From: Pseudomonadota bacterium
Lineage (GTDB): Bacteria > Pseudomonadota > Gammaproteobacteria > Pseudomonadales > Oleiphilaceae
Length of the DNA stretch: 64,000 bases
Reading direction: 5' to 3'
NCBI GenBank assembly: GCA_034189235.1
Contig: JAXHVJ010000003.1
Location: 7,828-71,827 of the forward strand
Of the stretch, positions 10,189-17,276 are shown piece after piece. A model generated the notes under the pieces. That model was not told the origin of the DNA. It ran no database searches and saw nothing but the letters and a program-made list of their open reading frames with translations. The position numbers and the translations under genes are program-made. Each line of letters opens with the position of its first letter. The first letter of the stretch is position 1.

Positions 10189-10345
10189 GGCTGGGCTCCG
10201 GATTGTGAAAACTGGAGGTGATGGAGTTTTCTTCAGTATCCGTATTGGCGGGGCATATTGGAAGGGGAGTAACCCCGGAGGGGGAGGTATCAGGCCAGTC
10301 TTACCCCCGTTTCATAGTAATTTGCTCTGATTTTGGCCAGTGCAC

Positions 10346-10375
10346 TTGACATTCGCAGCCAAGGTGGCCGATGAT
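10346..10375 (+). promoter_or_regulatory. Candidate sigma-70 promoter for rho
   Basis: TTGACA (10346-10351), an 18-nt spacer, then GATGAT (10370-10375). About 185 nt upstream of the rho ATG. Confidence 0.35.
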
Positions 10376-10558
10376 CCTCCTTGCCCGGCGAACGGTTGTT
10401 CCCACTCTACTGGCTTCAGCAAACTATTCCGGAATCCACAACACCGGCTTGCTCCATCTGGCCAGCACCTGTTTCAGCTTTTATTTGTTCAATACGTTCA
10501 GGGGCGCCCCTGTCATTCCAACACTCGTTTACTTCCATTCCTGATAATCCAACAAACT
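10376..10558 (+). promoter_or_regulatory. Long C-rich, G-poor rho leader (candidate rut/autoregulatory attenuator region)
   Basis: The last ~50 nt before the ATG contain only about three G residues and many C/T. Rho autoregulates through its leader in E. coli (established). Confidence 0.35.
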
Positions 10559-11821
10559 ATGAATCTTACTGAACTCAAGCAGAAATCCATGCCCGAATTG
10601 CTCGAAATTGCGCAAGAAATGGGCCTCGATAACCTGGCTCGTTCGCGCAAACAGGATGTGATCTTCACCATCCTGAAAAAACATGCCAAGAGTGGCGAAG
10701 ACATCTACGGCGACGGTGTACTGGAGATTCTGCAGGACGGTTTCGGCTTCCTCCGTTCCGCCGATGCCTCCTACCTGGCGGGGCCGGATGATATCTATGT
10801 CTCCCCCAGCCAGATCCGTCGATTCAACCTGCGTACCGGCGACACCATTGCCGGCAAGATCCGCCCGCCGAAAGACGGCGAGCGTTACTTTGCCCTGCTG
10901 AAAGTCAACGAGATCAACTTTGACAAGCCGGACAACGCACGTAACAAGATTCTGTTCGAGAACCTTACACCGCTGTTTCCCCAGGAGCGTCTGGTCCTGG
11001 AAGCCGGGAATGGCAGTACCGAGGATCTGTCTTCCCGGGTGCTGGATCTGGTGGCTCCGATCGGTAAGGGCCAGCGCGGCTTGATAGTGTCTCCGCCGAA
11101 GGCTGGTAAGACGCTGTTGATGCAGGGCATTGCCCAGTCGATTACCCGCAATAGCCCGGAATGTCACCTGATGGTGCTGCTCATTGATGAGCGTCCGGAG
11201 GAAGTGACGGAAATGCAGCGCACCGTGCGTGGTGAAGTGGTGGCGTCGACCTTTGATGAGCCACCGGCCCGTCACGTGCAGGTGGCCGAGATGGTCATCG
11301 AGAAGGCCAAGCGCCTGGTCGAGCACAAGAAGGATGTGGTGATCCTGCTGGATTCCATTACCCGTCTGGCCCGGGCCTACAATACGGTGATTCCGTCCTC
11401 CGGCAAGGTGCTGACCGGTGGTGTGGATGCCCACGCCCTGGAGAAGCCGAAGCGGTTCTTCGGTGCCGCCCGGAACGTGGAAGAGGGGGGTAGTCTGACT
11501 ATCCTGGCGACGGCGTTGGTGAATACCGGTTCCAAGATGGATGAGGTGATCTACGAGGAGTTCAAGGGTACCGGTAATATGGAGGTGCACCTGGACCGCA
11601 AGATCGCCGAGAAGCGGGTTTATCCGGCCATCAATATCCGCAGCTCCGGTACTCGCCGCGAGGATCTGCTGATGTCCGAGGCGGATATCCAGCGTATCTG
11701 GATCCTGCGCAAGCTGTTGCATTCCATGGATGACGATACTGCGGCGATCGAGTTCCTGCTGGACAAGCTGAAGGACACGAAGACCAACGAAGAGTTCTTC
11801 CAGTCCATGAAGCGCCGCTAA
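10559..11821 (+). CDS. rho: Transcription termination factor Rho
   Basis: Corrected start [23 protein letters not shown]. Walker A PPKAGKT. 420 aa canonical Rho. The track start at 10340 is an over-extension. Confidence 0.97.
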   Translation: MNLTELKQKSMPELLEIAQEMGLDNLARSRKQDVIFTILKKHAKSGEDIYGDGVLEILQDGFGFLRSADASYLAGPDDIYVSPSQIRRFNLRTGDTIAGKIRPPKDGERYFALLKVNEINFDKPDNARNKILFENLTPLFPQERLVLEAGNGSTEDLSSRVLDLVAPIGKGQRGLIVSPPKAGKTLLMQGIAQSITRNSPECHLMVLLIDERPEEVTEMQRTVRGEVVASTFDEPPARHVQVAEMVIEKAKRLVEHKKDVVILLDSITRLARAYNTVIPSSGKVLTGGVDAHALEKPKRFFGAARNVEEGGSLTILATALVNTGSKMDEVIYEEFKGTGNMEVHLDRKIAEKRVYPAINIRSSGTRREDLLMSEADIQRIWILRKLLHSMDDDTAAIEFLLDKLKDTKTNEEFFQSMKRR

Positions 11822-11858
11822 CCAGCTTTGCGCTTGAGCCTGCGGGGGCGGGCAGTAC

Positions 11859-11951
11859 CGGGGATGGCCTCCCCGGACACGCCGTGAATACGTCCCTGTA
11901 GGCTTGGTCTTGCCATCCCTGGCAAGACACAGTCCGGGGAGGCCATCCCCG
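11859..11951. repeat. Nested extragenic palindrome (REP/MITE-like) downstream of rho
   Basis: Perfect 20-bp outer inverted repeat (11859-11878 vs 11932-11951, core GGGGATGGCCTCCCCGGAC). It encloses a 9-bp hairpin, GTCTTGCCA-tccc-TGGCAAGAC (11907-11928). Confidence 0.75.
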
Positions 11952-12074
11952 CCACTGCCGACCAGACACTGTGCGCGCACTTTACTTGATTCCCCACCTC
12001 GTGTCGGCACTGCACCGGCAGTCCAGGCGACGAGTCACTCCGTACCTATAGGCCGATACAGAACGGAGCACACG

Positions 12075-13562
12075 ATGAAATACAACGACCTGCGTGACTT
12101 CATCAACCAGCTGGAGAAGCTGGGTGAGCTGAAACGGATCAGCGTGGAAGTCGATCCCCGCCTGGAGATGACCGAGATCTGTGACCGCACCCTGCGGGCA
12201 GGTGGGCCGGCGTTGTTGTTCGAGAATCCGAAAGGGTATGACATGCCGGTGCTGGCCAATCTGTTCGGGACTCCGAAGCGGGTGGCGCTGGGAATGGGGC
12301 AGGATGATGTCACGGCGCTGCGGGAGATTGGCAAGTTGCTGGCTTTCCTGAAGGAGCCGGATCCGCCCAAGGGCTTCAGGGATGCCATCGAGAAGCTGCC
12401 TGTCTTCAAGCAGGTGATGCGGATGAGCCCGAAGGTGCTCCGTTCGGCGCCCTGTCAGGAGGTGGTGATCGGGAAGGATCAGGTGGATCTTTACCAGATC
12501 CCGGTTCAGCACTGCTGGCCGGGCGATGCCGGTCCGCTGGTGACCTGGCCGCTGGTGATTACCCGTGGGCCGCACAAGGAGCGGCAGAATCTGGGGATTT
12601 ACCGGCAGCAGGTGATCGGCCGTAATCGGCTGATTATGCGCTGGCTCAGCCATCGGGGTGGTGCGCTGGATTTCCGGGAGTTCCAGAAGGCCAGTCCGGG
12701 TAAGCCCTATCCGGTGGCGGTGGCGCTCGGTGCGGACCCGGCCACGATTCTCGGGGCGGTGACGCCGGTGCCGGATACCCTGTCCGAGTATGCCTTTGCC
12801 GGCCTGCTCAGAGGGTCACGGACGGAGCTTGTGACGGCCGCGTTGAGTGACTTGCAGGTGCCGGCCAGTGCCGAGATCGTGCTGGAGGGGTTTATCTATC
12901 CGGACGAGATGGCGCCGGAGGGGCCGTTTGGTGACCATACCGGTTATTACAATGAGGTGGACCGGTTCCCGGTGTTTACCGTGGAGCGGATCACCCACCG
13001 CCGGAACCCGATCTATCACAGCACCTACACCGGTCGCCCGCCCGATGAGCCCGCCATCCTGGGCGTGGCGCTGAACGAGGTGTTTATTCCGATCCTGAAG
13101 AAGCAGTTCCCGGAGATTGTGGACTTCTACCTGCCGCCGGAAGGCTGTTCCTACCGGCTTGCCGTAGTCACCATGAAGAAGCAGTACCCCGGCCATGCCA
13201 AACGGGTCATGATGGGGGTATGGTCGTTTTTGCGGCAGTTCATGTACACCAAGTTCATTATTGTCACTGATGACGATGTGAATGCCCGCAACTGGGAAGA
13301 TGTGATCTGGGCAGTCACCACCCGGATGGACCCGGCGCGGGATACCACGATGGTGGAGAATACGCCGATCGACTACCTGGATTTCGCCTCGCCGGTGTCG
13401 GGTCTTGGCTCAAAGATGGGGATGGATGCCACCAACAAGTGGCCCGGTGAAACCGACCGGGAGTGGGGCGTGCCCATTGCCATGACCGACGAAGTGAAAC
13501 AGAGAGTCGATGACATCTGGGATAGCCTGGGGATTGAAATTCCGGGCTCCTGCCCTGATTGA
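12075..13562 (+). CDS. ubiD: 4-hydroxy-3-polyprenylbenzoate decarboxylase
   Basis: Corrected start [22 protein letters not shown]. Full-length UbiD-like sequence. The track start at 11904 is an over-extension. Confidence 0.95.
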   Translation: MKYNDLRDFINQLEKLGELKRISVEVDPRLEMTEICDRTLRAGGPALLFENPKGYDMPVLANLFGTPKRVALGMGQDDVTALREIGKLLAFLKEPDPPKGFRDAIEKLPVFKQVMRMSPKVLRSAPCQEVVIGKDQVDLYQIPVQHCWPGDAGPLVTWPLVITRGPHKERQNLGIYRQQVIGRNRLIMRWLSHRGGALDFREFQKASPGKPYPVAVALGADPATILGAVTPVPDTLSEYAFAGLLRGSRTELVTAALSDLQVPASAEIVLEGFIYPDEMAPEGPFGDHTGYYNEVDRFPVFTVERITHRRNPIYHSTYTGRPPDEPAILGVALNEVFIPILKKQFPEIVDFYLPPEGCSYRLAVVTMKKQYPGHAKRVMMGVWSFLRQFMYTKFIIVTDDDVNARNWEDVIWAVTTRMDPARDTTMVENTPIDYLDFASPVSGLGSKMGMDATNKWPGETDREWGVPIAMTDEVKQRVDDIWDSLGIEIPGSCPD

Positions 13563-13575
13563 GAAGGATAGGCAT

Positions 13576-14568
13576 TTGCATCGGATAGTGCTGTGGCCCT
13601 CAGGATTGCGTTATCCGGTGGATCCCGGTGCCGATCTGCTCGGTGCCGCAGCCCGGTCAGGTATTGCCGTGCCGGCCGCCTGTCGCAACGGGGTATGTGA
13701 GATCTGTGAGGCGCGGTTGCTGTCCGGGCCGGCCCTGAATACCCGTAATCAACGTGAAATTTCGATTGGCGAGCGGTTGATGATGTGTCGAACCCACGCG
13801 CTCGCTGACCTGGAACTGGAGATAACCGCCGTTATGGCAGCAGGAAACAATCAGCCCCGCAAGGTGCAGGCAAAGGTGGTGGATGTCCGGTCCATCAGCC
13901 ACGACGTTTACCGGGTGGAGTTGGCGATTCACCGCCGCCGGGAGCTGTCTTTTCATGCCGGGCAATACCTGTCGGTGAATCTGCCGGATGCGGACCCCTG
14001 TTATTTTTCCATTGCCAGCAGTCCGTCGGCGGAGCTGATTGAGCTGCACATCCAGGCCAGCCCCGACTGGGTATCCGCGCAGAATGTGGTTGATGCACTG
14101 AAATCGGGCCAGGATGTTACCCTGGAGCTGCCCCATGGCAAGGCCTGCCTCGCCGCAGTGCCGGAGAGACCGCTGCTGCTGGTGGCCGCCGGCACCGGAT
14201 TCGCCCAGATGAAGAGTCTGGTGGACTACCTGCAGGAGGCCGGTTACCGGTATCCGGTCAAGCTTTATTGGGGGGTGCGAAAGCGCGAGGATATGTACCT
14301 GCGCTCCCTGGCCCAGCAGTGGCATGAAGAGTCGGAGCGCTTTACCTTTGTGCCGGTGGTGGGTGACGATGAGGACAACGACTGGAGCGGTCACCACGAG
14401 CAACTGGTGCGTGCCGTGCTGGCTTCGGGCATGGACTGGCAGAACGTGGAAGTCCATGCCAGCGGGTCACCCGCTATGGTGTATACCCTGATGGATGCGC
14501 TGGTTGAGGCCGGACTGCCGCAGCAGGCGTTCTTTTCCGATGTGCTTGAATACGCCCCCAGGGGCTAG
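13576..14568 (+). CDS. 2Fe-2S ferredoxin / FAD-NAD(P) oxidoreductase (Fre- or CDP-6-deoxy-3,4-glucoseen-reductase-like)
   Basis: Cys cluster CRNGVCEICEARL...MMC, then a flavin reductase domain (RVELA...AGQYL, LLVAAGTGFAQMKS). Proposed TTG start at 13576 after GAAGGA. The track ATG at 13510 would overlap ubiD by 53 nt. Same neighbour of ubiD as in Pseudomonas. Confidence 0.75.
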   Translation: MHRIVLWPSGLRYPVDPGADLLGAAARSGIAVPAACRNGVCEICEARLLSGPALNTRNQREISIGERLMMCRTHALADLELEITAVMAAGNNQPRKVQAKVVDVRSISHDVYRVELAIHRRRELSFHAGQYLSVNLPDADPCYFSIASSPSAELIELHIQASPDWVSAQNVVDALKSGQDVTLELPHGKACLAAVPERPLLLVAAGTGFAQMKSLVDYLQEAGYRYPVKLYWGVRKREDMYLRSLAQQWHEESERFTFVPVVGDDEDNDWSGHHEQLVRAVLASGMDWQNVEVHASGSPAMVYTLMDALVEAGLPQQAFFSDVLEYAPRG

Positions 14569-14580
14569 AAACCATCCACG

Positions 14581-15669
14581 TCACAAACCACTGGCAGCCA
14601 CTCGCTTCCTATACCGGGGCTGATAGGTCCAGCTCTTTTGCATGATGTCGGGCCGCCCCGGTGTGGTGAGGCGCAGAACTTCCAGGCCCATTTCCTTGTT
14701 TTTCTGCTTCCAGGTTTCCTTGTCCATATCCCGCCAGTAGCGGGGTGGGCGCCGGGTCTGCCGGTCGTGTTCGGCGGTCACCGGGTCATTGGGCCGGTGT
14801 TCCTCCCACAGGGGGATATCCGGCAGTGGGCGACTGGTGTCCATGAACTTCTGGAGCATGTCCCAGAGGGCATAACATTCCTCCGGGCTGGTCTTGCCGA
14901 TGAGGTTGCCGACGGGAATGACAATGGGATGGTAGCGGTTGACCAGGTAAAGGGTGTGGACGGTGCCCCCGGGGTAGATCACCTCGTTGGTAAGGTAGGC
15001 ATCAAACTCGTAGAAAGGGGCGACCTCCTCTTCCGGCTTGCCGGTCTTGCCCCAGGAGCCTTTCCGGTCGTAGTGGTAGACGGTCACCAGGCCGGTACGG
15101 CGGTTGAATTCCCACTTGGGGCCTTTGTCGGGTTTTATAAGCCAGTTGGGGAAGAGTTTGAATAGTATCCTTGGTATCAGGTTACAGGCTAGTAGTGGTC
15201 CCATGAATATGGCCAGCACAGGAAGAAAGCCAATTAATGTCTTCCCTAATGACTCATCTGAGAAGCTGAGGGAGAAATGACCTGCTAGCCCTAGCAGCAG
15301 TGGGAAAATCATGAAGATCATTATGAATGGGTGGCCAAATCCACTGAGGAATACAAGTATTCGTGTGCGCAATGCTGCCGTGGCATGCCGATAGTACTCG
15401 TGATCAATTTTCTGGTAGGACTCGATATCTCCAAAGGGTTTCAGATTTTTCTCGCGCCGTCTCAGAGGCTCAGGGCGATGCCGGCGCCGGATAATCTGTG
15501 GGGCAACGTCCCTGGTGGCTCCCCAGGGTAGTTTTCTGTCTACCTTTCTGTTGAACCACGGCACCGCAGCATTAGCACCCGGGGAAGGGCGCTTTTGTTG
15601 CGGAAGCTGTTCTGAGCGGTAGGCGTGGCGTCCGTAATAGGACTGCCCGGTCTTTTCATCCGACTGCAT
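14581..15669 (-). CDS. Hypothetical inner-membrane protein (candidate immunity protein of the upstream membrane-toxin-like ORF)
   Basis: ATG overlaps the upstream stop (TGATG). Basic N-terminal region, two long hydrophobic segments (ILVFLSGFGHPFIMIFMIFPLLLGLAGHF; LIGFLPVLAIFMGPLLACNLIPRILF), then a ~190 aa soluble domain starting KWEFNRRTGLVTVYHY. I recognise no family with certainty. Confidence 0.6.
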   Translation of the reverse strand: MQSDEKTGQSYYGRHAYRSEQLPQQKRPSPGANAAVPWFNRKVDRKLPWGATRDVAPQIIRRRHRPEPLRRREKNLKPFGDIESYQKIDHEYYRHATAALRTRILVFLSGFGHPFIMIFMIFPLLLGLAGHFSLSFSDESLGKTLIGFLPVLAIFMGPLLACNLIPRILFKLFPNWLIKPDKGPKWEFNRRTGLVTVYHYDRKGSWGKTGKPEEEVAPFYEFDAYLTNEVIYPGGTVHTLYLVNRYHPIVIPVGNLIGKTSPEECYALWDMLQKFMDTSRPLPDIPLWEEHRPNDPVTAEHDRQTRRPPRYWRDMDKETWKQKNKEMGLEVLRLTTPGRPDIMQKSWTYQPRYRKRVAASGL

Positions 15670-17276
15670 CAGGTGGTCCTTGGGGTGTCGAATCCGTTTA
15701 TCCAGTAAAGCTGTTTATCATCGTCAAAGTCAGCTTCAGTATGGCTGTCCTCCTCGGGATTGTAGCGCGTTGTATCTTTGGGTGGGGGTGCCGGAAACGC
15801 TACTTCCTGTCCCTGCAGGGTCGCCCGGAACTGGGCTTTCGCCTGCCAGTGGTAACTCACGTCGTACCGACCCGTTGTCACACCCAACCGTTTGGCCGGT
15901 TCGGTATGGTTTCGTGGGGTTTTAACCAGTATTTCATAGCCGGTGGGTGTGGCCCCTTCGTAAAGTATGTGGGTTTCCATTTCTGTATCCGGCACGGGAT
16001 TATGGGATTTTGTGACGGTGGAGCGGCCATTTCGTTTCTGCTTCTTCTGCATCAGCCTCAGTTCGCTGGACAGCGTCAGCCCATGGGCCCCCACCAGTCC
16101 GGCCAGATTGCTTTCCAATCGGACAATGTCCGTCGCCTCGGTCAGCGGATCGTCAATGTGGCCCTGCTTCTTGCGCCACTCCCTGAGTGTTTCCGGCACG
16201 GGAATTTTGGTCAGGCGCATGTGGGCCAACAGGTTGGCCAGACGGTAATAGGCTTCTGTCGCGTTCTCATTACCCTTCAGATGGGGCAGGCCGTCTTCCT
16301 CGCCGAAGGGGCCATTTCTCAGCCAGTTCTCAATGGGCTCGTCTTCCAGCGTAGCCACCAGAGCAACACCGCCCAGTATAAGGCCAAGGCCCACCCAGCC
16401 CAGCGGCCCCATACCCAGCAAGGTCACTTGCGCCGGTACCAGAGCCGCCAGAGTAGTGACAACACCCCCGGTAGTAATCAATCCGTGCCCGGTCGCGGCA
16501 GGGTCGCCCATATCCAGGGCATAGAGGGTATCGGAGAGGCTGATGCCTGCGAAGGCAAGGCCGCCGATGCCACCAAGGAACATTTTGACAGTGAGGGCTT
16601 CGGCACGGAATAGCCTGGCAATCAGTTTTGCGGGTTCGCCTTTGAATTTGTAGGAAAGAAAAGTTGAGACTTTTTGCCTTACCAGTTCATCGGCAAAGCG
16701 TTCTGCCAGAAGAATGGTGGCTACTCCAGTACCATAAGTGGAACTCAGGCCTCCGGAGATAGATCTTGCCGCACTGCGCTCTCGTGTGATTTGGTCGATA
16801 TTTCCAAGAGTACTCCAAACATTCACCCCCTCAATAACCAACACCACAACCGGCAAAGCAGGGGTATTCAGCACCTTGTACAACCGGCTGTTCTCCGCAC
16901 TGTCCAACTGCAGCTTGTGTTGCTCAGTGGCGCTTTCGGTGACACGGATATCCGCATTCACATCCCGTATCCGGCTCCCGGTGGCCTTGAGTTCTTCGGT
17001 CACCCGGTGGTAACGGCTCTGGGCGGCTACCAGTCTGTTCTGCGCCTCCATTTCATTACTGTTGGCCTGGTCTACAGCGCGGCGGGCCAGTATCAGCGCG
17101 TTCTCAGCGCGGGTGAGGGCGCGGATGGATTCGGTGGCGGGTTTGTCCTGATCCAGTACCCAGACCGGAATCCGGCCTTCCTGCTGGCTGGCGGGGGTGA
17201 AGCGGGCACCGTCTGCCGTCAGGTCTTCCAGCCCCGGTATGTATTTGCCCTGGGCAATGGCATCGCTCAGGGTCAT
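15669..17276 (-). CDS. Coiled-coil plus glycine-rich multi-helix membrane domain protein (C-terminal half of a VasX-like pore-forming toxin?)
   Basis: Residues ~45-135 are heptad-like (ENALILARRAVDQANSNEMEAQNRLVAAQSRYHRVTEEL...). Residues ~137-330 hold four or five hydrophobic Gly/Ala/Thr-rich helices (MFLGGIGGLAFAGISL; GLITTGGVVTTLAALVPAQVTLLGMGPLGWVGLGLILGGVALVATL). A ~200 aa soluble tail follows. No clear Shine-Dalgarno sequence before the ATG. Confidence 0.6.
   Translation of the reverse strand: MTLSDAIAQGKYIPGLEDLTADGARFTPASQQEGRIPVWVLDQDKPATESIRALTRAENALILARRAVDQANSNEMEAQNRLVAAQSRYHRVTEELKATGSRIRDVNADIRVTESATEQHKLQLDSAENSRLYKVLNTPALPVVVLVIEGVNVWSTLGNIDQITRERSAARSISGGLSSTYGTGVATILLAERFADELVRQKVSTFLSYKFKGEPAKLIARLFRAEALTVKMFLGGIGGLAFAGISLSDTLYALDMGDPAATGHGLITTGGVVTTLAALVPAQVTLLGMGPLGWVGLGLILGGVALVATLEDEPIENWLRNGPFGEEDGLPHLKGNENATEAYYRLANLLAHMRLTKIPVPETLREWRKKQGHIDDPLTEATDIVRLESNLAGLVGAHGLTLSSELRLMQKKQKRNGRSTVTKSHNPVPDTEMETHILYEGATPTGYEILVKTPRNHTEPAKRLGVTTGRYDVSYHWQAKAQFRATLQGQEVAFPAPPPKDTTRYNPEEDSHTEADFDDDKQLYWINGFDTPRTT

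Noticed and set aside
10340-10558. N-terminal extensions offered by the ORF track for rho (10340), ubiD (11904), glnK (to 56545), the lipoprotein (to 50006), the esterase (41143), moaD (to 8520), algZ (to 25204), the GGDEF-EAL gene (to 29219) and tcdA (to 47748).
   Set aside because: The extended parts read as low-complexity or non-homologous sequence, lack an SD, or overlap neighbouring genes or terminators. Internal starts give N-termini that match the known families.
10529-12010. 493 aa ORF antisense to rho, and similar long shadow ORFs: 4182-5291, 25131-26393, 29255-30613, 30559-31596, 34435-35889, 36851-38191, 38219-39148, 42078-43268, 56645-58099, 60934-62034, 62690-63904.
   Set aside because: Each lies opposite a gene with an unmistakable conserved product. 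Their translations are Arg/Gly/Pro/His/Gln-rich low-complexity strings with no motifs. Long antisense open frames are expected in GC-rich DNA.
13510-13575. ATG at 13510 as the start of the ferredoxin-reductase gene.
   Set aside because: It would overlap ubiD by 53 nt, and the first 22 residues look non-native. A TTG at 13576 preceded by GAAGGA is more plausible, though unproven.
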